A stretch of 63,282 nucleotides of DNA from contig JADGRE010000004.1 in the NCBI GenBank assembly GCA_017881185.1, forward strand, positions 1 to 63,282, given 5' to 3'. Shown piece after piece: positions 1 through 9,549 of this stretch; positions within the stretch are counted from its first letter, which is position 1; each line of letters opens with the position of its first letter. The notes under the pieces were generated by a model. That model saw only the letters and a program-made list of their open reading frames with translations. It was not told where the DNA came from and made no database searches. A program made the position numbers and the translations under genes. This DNA is from Pseudomonadota bacterium. Lineage in GTDB: Bacteria; Myxococcota_A; Polyangia; Polyangiales; JAFGIB01.

Positions 1-219
1 AACGCCAACATCCACATTCAACTGGTCGACAACCGCGTCATCCTGGTCGTCATCTTCGACAAGAAGACCAGCCTGGGCTTGGTACGGCTGCGCGTGAAGA
101 AAGCCAGCGAACAGCTCGGCGAGATCTTCAAGGCGCTGGCGGTCAAGGCACAGGACTCGGGCCAAACACCCTTCGCCGAGATCACCGACGACGACATCGA
201 CAATCTCTTTAACGACTGA
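1..219 (+). CDS. mglB: MglB (roadblock/LC7 GTPase-activating protein), 3' part only; runs off the window start
   Basis: Frame 1 reads [36 protein letters not shown]...[16 protein letters not shown], matching the MglB core and acidic C-terminal helix. It sits directly upstream of mglA. Confidence 0.93.
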   Translation, partial: NANIHIQLVDNRVILVVIFDKKTSLGLVRLRVKKASEQLGEIFKALAVKAQDSGQTPFAEITDDDIDNLFND

Positions 220-229
220 GTAACCACCG

Positions 230-255
230 CGCGAAGCAGCCTTCGGCGCTTCGCG
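230..255 (+). promoter_or_regulatory. Intercistronic stem-loop between mglB and mglA
   Basis: CGCGAAGC (230-237) pairs with GCTTCGCG (248-255), with an inner GCC/GGC stem. Confidence 0.5.
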
Positions 256-272
256 GATCGGGCAGAGGCCGC

Positions 273-863
<591 letters not shown>

Positions 864-898
864 AGCGCGCTTCGTCCGCCACTTGCCGCGCCACACGC

Positions 899-1687
899 CT
901 ACAGCGGCGTAATCGGGCGCGCGCCGGAGCTCAGCTGTGCTTGCAGGTCCGAGCGCAAGGCGTCGGCCGTGGGCCCGGTCGCGGCATCGGCTGCCGCCAG
1001 CAGCGCTTGGGCTTCGGCCTTGTCACCGAGCTTGGCGTGGGCCAGTGCGCGCACGAGCTTGAGCTCCAGTGCGCGAACGGGGTCGTGATTCTCGCGCTCG
1101 GCGCGCAGCAACATGGGCAGGGTGTCGGGGAGGTCTTCGCCGAGTCGGACGAGCGCGTGCGCCAAGTTGCGTTCCACGCCCGGCAGCGTGCCGGCGGTGT
1201 CGAGGAGCTTCCTGTACATCGGCACGGCGGCGACATCGTCCCGCAGCGCGAAGCTGGCGTGCGCGTAGCCCAGCATCACGCGCAGCGGCGCAGCCTTGCC
1301 GTATTCGTCGAGCGCTTCTTGGTAGGCGCTGCGCGCAGCGGCGGTGCGACCGAGCTCGGCGAGCACCATGGCGAGACGCTCGGCACGCACGGCCGGCGGC
1401 GAAAACAGACGCATGCCGACGGCCGTGCGATAGCGCGTGAGCAACGCGCCGGTCTTGCCCGCCGCCAAGAAGCGCACCGCGTCGTGGTCGAAGCTGACCG
1501 CAGAGCTCGCGCCCCAACGCGGCGCGAAGGCGTAGAGCAGCAACATGGGCGCCGCGCAGGCGAGCACCACGCCAAAGGGTTGGTGCCCGGCGTAGTAGAG
1601 CGCGAAGCAGCCCAAGACGGTCGCGGGCAGCAGCAGCTCGCGCGTGGCGCCGAGCGTGAGACCTGGCTTGGCGGGGGGTGCTTCCAC
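899..1687 (-). CDS. Membrane-anchored TPR-like helical repeat protein
   Basis: Two N-terminal hydrophobic segments are followed by Ala/Leu-rich TPR-like helices. The start was trimmed to an in-frame GTG at 1687 and is uncertain. Confidence 0.6.
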   Translation of the reverse strand: MEAPPAKPGLTLGATRELLLPATVLGCFALYYAGHQPFGVVLACAAPMLLLYAFAPRWGASSAVSFDHDAVRFLAAGKTGALLTRYRTAVGMRLFSPPAVRAERLAMVLAELGRTAAARSAYQEALDEYGKAAPLRVMLGYAHASFALRDDVAAVPMYRKLLDTAGTLPGVERNLAHALVRLGEDLPDTLPMLLRAERENHDPVRALELKLVRALAHAKLGDKAEAQALLAAADAATGPTADALRSDLQAQLSSGARPITPL

Positions 1688-1777
1688 TGCCCGGTCATCG
1701 TACGTTCCACAAAAGGCAGCGGCAACCGCGGTTGAGGTGGTGACGCTGCATCGACTATCTTCCGGCAGGTGGTGAGC

Positions 1778-2158
1778 ATGAATCGGTACAGCGGGTGCGC
1801 CGTGATCGCTGGCTCGCTGGTCGGCGTGGCGGCCTTGCTGTGCGCGTGTGGCAGCAAGACCGAGCAGGCCCAGCTGTCCGAATACACGGTATCGGGCGTT
1901 GTGACCGACGACCTCACCGGCGCAGCGATCGACGGCGCACAGGTGATCTTCGAAGCCGACACGCTCGAGCAAACGGACGCGCACAGCGACGGCAAAGGCC
2001 ACTACAGCATGCTCGTGCAGGTCACGGAGGGCGAACGCTTCGGCACGCTGCATGCGAGCGCCCATGGCTACCAAGATTCCACGCCGCAGACCGTGTACTT
2101 CGATGGCACCGAGCGCGTGGTGGATCTGCGCCTGCGCGCCGGCGCCAAGGCCAACTGA
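1778..2158 (+). CDS. Lipoprotein with a carboxypeptidase-regulatory-like (prealbumin-fold) domain
   Basis: Signal peptide with lipobox LCAC, then VSGVVTDDLTGAAIDGAQV...SDGKGHYS...ASAHGY. Its stop overlaps the next ATG. Confidence 0.75.
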   Translation: MNRYSGCAVIAGSLVGVAALLCACGSKTEQAQLSEYTVSGVVTDDLTGAAIDGAQVIFEADTLEQTDAHSDGKGHYSMLVQVTEGERFGTLHASAHGYQDSTPQTVYFDGTERVVDLRLRAGAKAN

Positions 2159-3348
2159 TGCGGCCCGTGCAGCAAGGCGCCGCGGCTCGCGCGACGGGCG
2201 GGCGGTGGCTGGCAGTCGTGACGGCGCTGCTGCTCTGCGTAACCGCCGCGCGCGGGCATGCAGCCGACCACTCGATCGCCCTGCCGCCCGTCGGCCCTGC
2301 GATTCGCGGCATCACGGTCGGGCCGATCGAGTCGTCGCAGCAGCCAGGTCGAGGCTACGGAACGCCGTACAGCGCGGAGCTACTCGATCATGTGGTCGCG
2401 CTCGGCGCCAATGCGATTTCCATCACGCCCTTCGGGCGACTGTGGAGCCTGCGCAGCACCGAGATCATGCTCGACTTCGAGGCACCCTATGCCGACAACC
2501 GGCGCGCCGTGCGCAGCATGATCGCGCAGGCCAAGGCGCGCGGGCTGAGCGTGCTGGTGATTCCGCATCTGTGGATCGAGACCGACGGCTGGCGCGGTGA
2601 AGTCGACCCGGGCACGGACGAGGGCTGGCGACGCTACCAGGCTTCGTACCGACAGTTCGTGCTGGCGTGGGCGAGCGACGCCCAAGCTGCGGGCGCCGAC
2701 GCGTTCTCCATCGGCGTGGAGTGCAAGTCGTGGTCCGGGCGCTTCGGTCCGTACTGGGCGCAGTTGATCCGCGACGTGCGAGCGGTGTTCCACGGCAAGC
2801 TCACCTACTCAGCCAACTGGGACGAGGCCGAGAACGTGCTGTTCTGGGATCAACTCGACTACGTGGGCGTCAACGCGTTCTACCCACTCGCGGACCACGA
2901 CGACGCAGGCTACGACCGCTACGTGGAGGGTGCGCAGGCCGCGCTGGCCAAAGTTGGTGCGCTGGGCGCGGCCGTGCACAAGCCGGTGCTGTTCGTGGAG
3001 ATGGGCTACACCACGCGGCGCAACGCGGCAGTTCAGCCCTGGCTGTGGCCCGACGGCATGCGCGACGTGGCCATCGACGAGTGGGAGCAGGCGCGCGCTC
3101 TCTCCGCGCTGATCGGCGCGGCCGCGCCGAACCCGTGGCTCGTCGGTTTCTACGTGTGGCGCTACTACGCGAACCTCGACGACGTCTCGCAGGAGGCACG
3201 CTGGGGGTTCTCGCCCCACGCGAAGCTCGCCGAGCAGCTGTTGTCCAACGTGTTCGCCACGCCCTGGGGTGCCGACCCCCAACGCTCGCCTTGGGAGCCG
3301 CTGCCAGTCTCGCCCCGAGCGCAGGTCGGGCACCTGCCTGCGCGCTGA
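2158..3348 (+). CDS. Secreted glycoside hydrolase family 113-like (GTA TIM-barrel) protein
   Basis: Signal peptide; GLSVLVIPHLW, WRGEVDP, IGVE (acid/base), LTYSANWDE, DYVGVNAFYPL, KPVLFVEMGY (nucleophile). TGATG overlap with the upstream gene. Confidence 0.8.
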   Translation: MRPVQQGAAARATGGRWLAVVTALLLCVTAARGHAADHSIALPPVGPAIRGITVGPIESSQQPGRGYGTPYSAELLDHVVALGANAISITPFGRLWSLRSTEIMLDFEAPYADNRRAVRSMIAQAKARGLSVLVIPHLWIETDGWRGEVDPGTDEGWRRYQASYRQFVLAWASDAQAAGADAFSIGVECKSWSGRFGPYWAQLIRDVRAVFHGKLTYSANWDEAENVLFWDQLDYVGVNAFYPLADHDDAGYDRYVEGAQAALAKVGALGAAVHKPVLFVEMGYTTRRNAAVQPWLWPDGMRDVAIDEWEQARALSALIGAAAPNPWLVGFYVWRYYANLDDVSQEARWGFSPHAKLAEQLLSNVFATPWGADPQRSPWEPLPVSPRAQVGHLPAR

Positions 3349-3407
3349 GCCAGCCCCCACTTTGCCGGTTTTTTGGCTGGCTGCGCGAAGCCTGTTAACT
3401 CTCTGGC

Positions 3408-4211
3408 ATGGCGAACCCTGGCTCGGGGCGTAAAGGCAACGTCGTGCGGCCGTCGGTATTCCGCGGCAAGCACCGCGACGACGCGCCCAAGCCGATCCTG
3501 GTGATGGAGGAAGTCTACAAGTACTTCCGGCGCGACGTTCCGACGCTGCGCAACGTCAACCTGACGGTGGAACGCGGCGAGTTCGTGTTCGTGACCGGGC
3601 CGAGCGGCTCGGGCAAGAGCACCCTATTACAACTGGTTTACCGCCAGCATACGGTCGACAGCGGGCGCATCCTGTTCAGCGGCCGCGACGTCTCGCGCCT
3701 GACCGACAGCTCCATCCCGTTCCTGCGGCGCAACCTGGGCATCGTGTTCCAGGACTTCAAGGTCGTCCCGCACTGGACGGTCTACGAGAACGTGGCCGTT
3801 TCCCTCGAGATTCTGGGCACCAACGCTCGCTTGGCGCGCTCGCGCGTGGCCGAAGCGCTGGAGCGCGTAGGCCTCGCCGGTCGCGGCAACGAGCGCACCG
3901 AGACTCTCTCCGGCGGCGAGCAACAGCGCGTGGCCATCGCGCGCGCCATCGTCACCGAACCGGCCCTGCTCTTGGCCGACGAGCCCACGGGCAATCTCGA
4001 TCCGCAGCTCGCGATCGACATTCTCACGCTCTTCGAAGAGATCCACGAGGCAGGCACCACGGTGCTCTTCGCCACGCACGACCATTCACTCCTGGCCACC
4101 TCGCCGCACCGGCTGGTGGTGATCGACGACGGCCGCTTGATCGAAGCCAGCCAAGGGCTGCGTGCTTGGTCGGCGCGCATGCAGAGTCTGGGCGCCTCGC
4201 ACGCGTCCTAG
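3408..4211 (+). CDS. ftsE: Cell division ATP-binding protein FtsE
   Basis: Walker A GPSGSGKST, IVFQDFK, LSGGEQQRVAIARA and LLADEPTGNLD; lies directly upstream of ftsX. Confidence 0.93.
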   Translation: MANPGSGRKGNVVRPSVFRGKHRDDAPKPILVMEEVYKYFRRDVPTLRNVNLTVERGEFVFVTGPSGSGKSTLLQLVYRQHTVDSGRILFSGRDVSRLTDSSIPFLRRNLGIVFQDFKVVPHWTVYENVAVSLEILGTNARLARSRVAEALERVGLAGRGNERTETLSGGEQQRVAIARAIVTEPALLLADEPTGNLDPQLAIDILTLFEEIHEAGTTVLFATHDHSLLATSPHRLVVIDDGRLIEASQGLRAWSARMQSLGASHAS

Positions 4212-4224
4212 AAAGGGAAGCCGC

Positions 4225-5109
4225 ATGGAGATCTGGTCTGCGCTTTCGCGAGCGAAACGCGGCTTCCGTGACGACTTGCGCCTGCACGTCGTGGCGATTG
4301 CGAGCCTGGTGGTGGCGTTTCTGTGCCTGGGCACCGCGCTCTTGAGCGTGGAGAACCTGACGCGCATCGCCAGCCGCTGGAGTCAGACCCAGCACATGAC
4401 GGTGTACCTGCGCGATCAGGCCAAGGAAGCCGACGTGGCGCAGCTGCGCCTGGTGCTCGAAAGCCTGGGCGAGATCTCCAAGGTCGAGCACATCAGCGCA
4501 GTGCGTGCTCGCGAGCTCTTCGCCGAACAGACCAACATGAGCAGCGCCGACCTCGCGCAGCTGCCGACCGACGCCTTCCCCGCCTCGCTCGAGCTCGACT
4601 TGGCCGACGGCGTGCCCAGCGCACGCATCGAGAAGATTGCGGCGCGCGTGCAGCGCTTTGCGGGCGTCGAAGAGGTCGAAACCTACCGTTCGTTCTTCGG
4701 TCAGCTGCGCTCGCTGATCGACGCGGGCCGTTCGGGCGCCCTGCTCTTGTCGCTCTTGGTCGTGGTGTGCGTGCTCGCGGTGATCGGCAACACGATTCGC
4801 CTCGCCGTGGCCAATCGCCGCCGCGAGATCGAAGTGCTCAAGCTCTGCGGCGCCACCGACTCGTTCGTGCGCGGTCCGTTCGTGCTCGAAGGCGTGATCC
4901 AGGCCGTGACCGCCTCCACGCTGGCGATGCTTCTTTTGTTCGTGGCGTACGCCGCGCTGCATGGACACGTGGAGAGCACGCTGACCGCGCTGACCGGCGT
5001 GCGTACGGTGTTCCTGAACCCGCTCACCGTGCTGGGCACCATCGCCGCAGCGGCGTTCGTGGGGGCGATCGGTAGCGCCCTGTCGCTGCGTCGCTACTTG
5101 CAGGTCTAA
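4225..5109 (+). CDS. ftsX: Cell division permease FtsX
   Basis: N-terminal TM, periplasmic loop, VIGNTIRLAVANRRREIEVLKLCGATDSFVRGPFVLEG and C-terminal LRRYL. Confidence 0.93.
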   Translation: MEIWSALSRAKRGFRDDLRLHVVAIASLVVAFLCLGTALLSVENLTRIASRWSQTQHMTVYLRDQAKEADVAQLRLVLESLGEISKVEHISAVRARELFAEQTNMSSADLAQLPTDAFPASLELDLADGVPSARIEKIAARVQRFAGVEEVETYRSFFGQLRSLIDAGRSGALLLSLLVVVCVLAVIGNTIRLAVANRRREIEVLKLCGATDSFVRGPFVLEGVIQAVTASTLAMLLLFVAYAALHGHVESTLTALTGVRTVFLNPLTVLGTIAAAAFVGAIGSALSLRRYLQV

Positions 5110-5112
5110 GCC

Positions 5113-6096
5113 ATGCGTCCCCGTGGTGTTCACACGGCTCTGTGGCTCGCTTGCTTGCTCGCGTTGGGCACGCCCGCGGTGCGCGCGGAGCCTGCAGCTG
5201 TTGGCGGCATCGCCAACGACGTGGAAATCGCGCATCTGCTCGACGAAATCGAGGCTCAGACCGCCCGCCAGAGCCACGTCACCGAGGAGCTCTCGCAGCT
5301 CGACGAACGCAAGGCGCAAGCCAACAAGGCGCTGCGCATGCGCGTGCGGGCCCTCTACCGCATCACCCGCGCCGGCATGGCTCCGGTCGCCGGTGGCTTC
5401 GATGCCGTTCGCAAGCACGTGGCGCGTGCGCGCCGGCTGAGCAGCTTGATCCGCAACGATGCCGGGCAGCTGCAAGCGCTCGGCACGCGCAGCGTAACGC
5501 TTCACGCAGAGGCGAGCCTCGGCAGCTCGGCGCTCGGTCGCGCGCGCGAACAGCTCGCCGCGCTGCAACAACAGAAGGCGGCCCCGCCTGCGCTCGGCGG
5601 CGGCGGTGACGGCTTTGGGCAAGTGCTCGCCGACACCGGCTCTGCGCCGCGCAGCAACGCGAGCAGTGGCGCGTTCTACGGCTTGCGCCTGGCCGACGAC
5701 GCGCCCGCGCAAGACGGCTTCGAAGCGCTGCGCGGCCGGCTGGCCTCGCCAGTGTCGGGCGAGACGCGCGTTCACGATGCACGCCGCGAAGAATCCGACG
5801 GCCCAGGGCTCGAGTTCGAGGCGCCTTCCGGTACGCCGGTGCGCGCTGCGGCCGCAGGTCGGGTCGCGTTCTGCGACCGATACGGCAGCTACGGGCGCCT
5901 CGTGATCGTCGACCACGGCAACGGCTACTACACGGCCTATGGCGGCCTCGGTGTCATCGAAGTGCGGGTGGGCGACGACCTATCTGCGCAAGCCCGGATC
6001 GGCAGCATCGGTTCGGAGAGCGCGCGACCCGCGCTGTTCTTCGAGGTGCGCAAGGGCACGCGTACCCTGTCACCGCGCGTCTGGCTCGGGTTGTAG
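5113..6096 (+). CDS. EnvC-like murein hydrolase activator (coiled coil plus degenerate M23/LytM domain)
   Basis: Signal peptide, coiled coil, PVRAAAAGRV...YGRLVIVDHGNGYYTAY and LFFEVR. The Zn ligands are absent. Follows ftsEX. Confidence 0.85.
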   Translation: MRPRGVHTALWLACLLALGTPAVRAEPAAVGGIANDVEIAHLLDEIEAQTARQSHVTEELSQLDERKAQANKALRMRVRALYRITRAGMAPVAGGFDAVRKHVARARRLSSLIRNDAGQLQALGTRSVTLHAEASLGSSALGRAREQLAALQQQKAAPPALGGGGDGFGQVLADTGSAPRSNASSGAFYGLRLADDAPAQDGFEALRGRLASPVSGETRVHDARREESDGPGLEFEAPSGTPVRAAAAGRVAFCDRYGSYGRLVIVDHGNGYYTAYGGLGVIEVRVGDDLSAQARIGSIGSESARPALFFEVRKGTRTLSPRVWLGL

Positions 6097-6114
6097 CCGC
6101 TCGCGCCCGCCGTC

Positions 6115-8334
6115 TCACTTGGCCGTGACGGTGACGTCGAACAAGTAGCTGCCGCCCGGCGCGCCCTTGAAGCCGTCGACCACGTAGTAATACGTGCCTG
6201 CGTCCAGCATCTCGCTGAGCTCGGCTTGGGTGCCGCCAGCCGAGTCGTCGTCGCAAGCCTCCGGCGCTGCGCCGTCGCACACGGCGCTGCCCCCGCCCGA
6301 ATCAGTGAAGCGGTACAGCACGCTGTCGAACACAGCGTCGATGCGCGCCGCCACGTGCATGGGCATGGTCAACTTGAGCCGGTACACCGCATCGGCCGCA
6401 ACCGAGCCGGCACCGCAGTCTGCGTGGTAGTCGTCGTGCAGCGCGGCCGTGTTGCCGCTCCACAGACCGCCTTGGGGGTCGATGTCGAACGCTTTGGCGC
6501 AGGTGTCGTTGCCCTTCACGGCCACCGGATGCGTGGGCGGCAGCGTCATCACCTGCAACCCGACCGAGGGTGCGGCCGGAGCTTCCACGACGACGAAATA
6601 GCGGCCCGCCGCAAGGTTGCGCACGCGCGCCTTCACGGGCTGGCCGACCTCGCAGCGCAGCTCGGAGCTGCTCTGACCGCAGGTCTTCTGCAGGGCCAGC
6701 ACCGCCGTGGAATTGCCCGCGTCCAGCTGCACGGAGAGATCGCTCGCGTTGCTCAGGTCCAGCACGAACACGGCGTCGTGACCACCGAGCTGGCAGCTCG
6801 TGTCAACGGAGTCACGCAAGTCGCCGAGGTTGACGCTGACAGCCGTGCCTGCGGTCAGTGGCAACGGGTTGTTGCAGTCGTCACCCGCCGGCGGCGGCGT
6901 GGGCGGCAAGAAGGCCACGTTGAGCACGAACGACACCTCGCTCGAGACGGGCCCTTCCAGCACGAGCAGGTACTGCCCTGCCGGCAGCTGATGCAGCCGG
7001 GTCTGCGCGGGATCCGACGACTCGCATGCAAGCTCGGCCGCGCCGGATTGACAGCTGGAACGGACGCTGAACGTGAGCCGACCACCTTCCTGGCTGAGCG
7101 CGGCGATCTCCACGTCTTGCGTCTTGCCGAGGGTGAACGCGTAGAACAGATCCGGCTGGCCCTTGTCGGCGCACGTGCTCTGGGTGACGTCGGTCAAGTC
7201 GACGAAGTCTCCCGTGAACGTGCCGCCCGCGCTGACGTCGCGCGGCGCCGTGCAGCGCGTGTTGGTTGGAGCATTGGTGGGCGCCGCGAAGGTCGCGCGC
7301 AGGACCATGGTCCTGGCGGCAGAGGCCGAGGCCACGACGAAGTAGCGACCCGCCGGCAGCGCGCGCCTACGCAGATCTGCGGGGAAGCCTTGCTTGCACT
7401 CGAGCTCGCTGCCGCGGTCTCCACAGGTCTTCTGCAGGGTCAAGACGGCAGTCTCGGCGCTGCCGTCGGAGAGCATGCCGTTGGCAACGAGCGTCACGTC
7501 TTTGGGCCTCTTCAGCTGGAAGCTGAACACGACGTCGGGCGAGGCCTGCGGGTTGCATGACACCGCGTAGTCGGAGCTCGCGCCTTGCAGTTGCACTTCG
7601 AAGCTGCCGCCGGCGCTCACGTCGAGCGCGTCGCTGCAGGCGTCGTGGGCCGGCCTGCCGCAGGGCTGCTCGTCGACCTGATCGTCGCAGTCATTGTCGA
7701 TCTGGTCGGCACACAGCTCCGGCTTGCGAAGGCCGCGGGTCGGGTCGAAGTCGTCGCAGTCGGTACCCCCTGCGCAGTGAAAGTCGACCTCGCCGTCGTG
7801 GTCGAAGTCGCGCGGCGCGTGGATGCACGCACGCTGCGCCTCGTTGCAGCTGTCGATCGAGCAGGCGTCCTGGTCGTCGCAGGTCTGCGACGGACCCGCA
7901 CGGCAGCCGGTGCGGAAATCACACAGCTCGAAGCCGTTGCAGAACACGCCGTCGTCGCAGGCACGGTTGTCGGTATAGTGGACGCAGTAGCCGGGCTTGC
8001 GACAGCTGTCCGTAGTGCAGGCGATGCCGTCGTCGCAGTCTTGCTTGGTCGCGCAGTGGACCGATCCGTCGGGCGGCGAGCTACCGGCGTCGTCTCCCGT
8101 CACCGCGCCGTCCGTGCGCTCGGGCAGCGCTGGTAGCTCGATGTGCGGCTCGCGTGGTGGCGCACAGGCCGACAGGTGGCACACCGCGAGCACCGACCAC
8201 AAGAGCCCACCCAGCCAGCGGCCCGCGCGCGAAGGCGCGCACGACGGCATGCGCGACGGCGCGTGCGACGCCGACCGACCGACGAGCGACGAGGCTGGGC
8301 GCAATGCAGCTGGCACCCCGGCACTATTTGCCAT
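6115..8334 (-). CDS. Large Cys-rich myxobacterial surface lipoprotein with a MopE-like metal-binding motif and four PPC-like repeats
   Basis: Lipobox-like HLSAC; CDDGIACTTDSC-type repeats; DCDDFDP...ELCADQIDNDCDDQVDE; four repeats of about 100 aa each starting (H/N/D)xC. The start is ATG 8334 or 8250; the track ORF is over-extended. Confidence 0.8.
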   Translation of the reverse strand: MANSAGVPAALRPASSLVGRSASHAPSRMPSCAPSRAGRWLGGLLWSVLAVCHLSACAPPREPHIELPALPERTDGAVTGDDAGSSPPDGSVHCATKQDCDDGIACTTDSCRKPGYCVHYTDNRACDDGVFCNGFELCDFRTGCRAGPSQTCDDQDACSIDSCNEAQRACIHAPRDFDHDGEVDFHCAGGTDCDDFDPTRGLRKPELCADQIDNDCDDQVDEQPCGRPAHDACSDALDVSAGGSFEVQLQGASSDYAVSCNPQASPDVVFSFQLKRPKDVTLVANGMLSDGSAETAVLTLQKTCGDRGSELECKQGFPADLRRRALPAGRYFVVASASAARTMVLRATFAAPTNAPTNTRCTAPRDVSAGGTFTGDFVDLTDVTQSTCADKGQPDLFYAFTLGKTQDVEIAALSQEGGRLTFSVRSSCQSGAAELACESSDPAQTRLHQLPAGQYLLVLEGPVSSEVSFVLNVAFLPPTPPPAGDDCNNPLPLTAGTAVSVNLGDLRDSVDTSCQLGGHDAVFVLDLSNASDLSVQLDAGNSTAVLALQKTCGQSSSELRCEVGQPVKARVRNLAAGRYFVVVEAPAAPSVGLQVMTLPPTHPVAVKGNDTCAKAFDIDPQGGLWSGNTAALHDDYHADCGAGSVAADAVYRLKLTMPMHVAARIDAVFDSVLYRFTDSGGGSAVCDGAAPEACDDDSAGGTQAELSEMLDAGTYYYVVDGFKGAPGGSYLFDVTVTAK

Positions 8335-8424
8335 CACACCGCCTTTTGCCAGCCAGGAAGGCGTACCCAAAGCACAGTCGAACGAGTAACCTGGCGGTGC
8401 AGCGCCTCGCTGCATCGCTTGCTC

Positions 8425-9540
8425 ATGGAGACCGCTCCTCAGCTTCCGCTGCCCCTCGAGCAACTGCCGGCGGCCATCCAGCGCTTCTGCGACCCGAAGG
8501 GCCCCACGCCTGCGCGCATGATGGCGGCGAAGGGCCTCGTGCCCGTCAAGGGCCACGACCAGATCACCATGCTGGCGCAGCTGAGCGCCGATGCCGAAGA
8601 GTCGGTGCGCAATACCGCGCTCGAGTCGATCCGCAAGCTGCCCGACAACCTGATCGGCCCGGCCTGCGACGCCCCGCTCTTGCCTGCAGTGCTGCACCTG
8701 CTGGCACGCACGCTCAAGAACGAAGACCTGCTCGGCCGCCTGGTGGCGAACCCCGCGACGAGCGACGCCAGTATCGCCGACGTCGCGCACCTGTGCTCGG
8801 AGCGCATCTCCGAGCGCATCGCCGTCAACGAAGAGCGCCTGTTGCGTGAGCCGGGCATCATCGAGGCTCTGTACAAGAACCGCAACACGCGCATGTCCAC
8901 GGCCGACCGCCTCATCGAGCTGGCTGCACGCAACCGCGTGAACCTTCCCGGCATCCCGGGCTTCGAAGCCCACGTCGAAGCCCTCGCCGGGCAGCTCATC
9001 CCAGAGCCGAGCGACGAGCCATTGCCACAAGACATGGCGTTCCAGCAGACGCTCGCCCACGACAAGGACGAGAACGCCTTCACCGAGGACAAAGTCGCCG
9101 GCCTCGAGGCGATGAAGGATCAGTACCGCCCGCTCAGTATGCAGATCATGGAGATGAACAAGGCAGAGAAGCTGCGCCTCGCCCTGGTCGGCAACATGGC
9201 GGCACGCGCCATCCTCGTGCGCGATCACTCGAAGCAGGTCGCCATGGCGGCCGTGCAGTCGCCGCAGATGAGCGTCGGGGAAGCAGCCGAAATCGCCAAG
9301 AGCAAAGAGGTGAGCGAGGAGATCCTGCGCTACGTGGGCAACAAGAAGGAGTGGGTGAAGAGCGCCGAGGTGAAGCACAACCTGGTGTTCAACCCCAAGT
9401 GCCCGGTAGGTGTCTCCATGCGCTACATCTCTCACCTGCGCATGGAAGAGCTGAAGATGCTGGCCAAGAACCGCAACGTGCCGGCGCAAATCAAGTCGTT
9501 CGCCCAGCAGTGGGTGACGCGCAAGGAAGGCAAGGAGTAA
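8425..9540 (+). CDS. Conserved hypothetical alpha-helical (HEAT/LRV-like) protein
   Basis: Strong GC3 codon bias. The C-terminal KLRLALVGNMAARAILVRD...VKHNLVFNPKCP block resembles a conserved deltaproteobacterial hypothetical family (recognised by eye). Confidence 0.75.
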   Translation: METAPQLPLPLEQLPAAIQRFCDPKGPTPARMMAAKGLVPVKGHDQITMLAQLSADAEESVRNTALESIRKLPDNLIGPACDAPLLPAVLHLLARTLKNEDLLGRLVANPATSDASIADVAHLCSERISERIAVNEERLLREPGIIEALYKNRNTRMSTADRLIELAARNRVNLPGIPGFEAHVEALAGQLIPEPSDEPLPQDMAFQQTLAHDKDENAFTEDKVAGLEAMKDQYRPLSMQIMEMNKAEKLRLALVGNMAARAILVRDHSKQVAMAAVQSPQMSVGEAAEIAKSKEVSEEILRYVGNKKEWVKSAEVKHNLVFNPKCPVGVSMRYISHLRMEELKMLAKNRNVPAQIKSFAQQWVTRKEGKE

Positions 9541-9549
9541 CAAGGCGCA

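Noticed and set aside
8319-8331. Sigma54-like CGGCACTATTTGC
   Set aside because: GG-to-GC spacing is 2 nt too short, and sigma54 spacing is strict.
8335-9543. N-terminal 400 aa of the 1142-aa ORF 6115-9543
   Set aside because: It overlaps the real plus-strand gene 8425-9540 in antisense; the signal peptide of the Cys-rich protein begins only below 8334.
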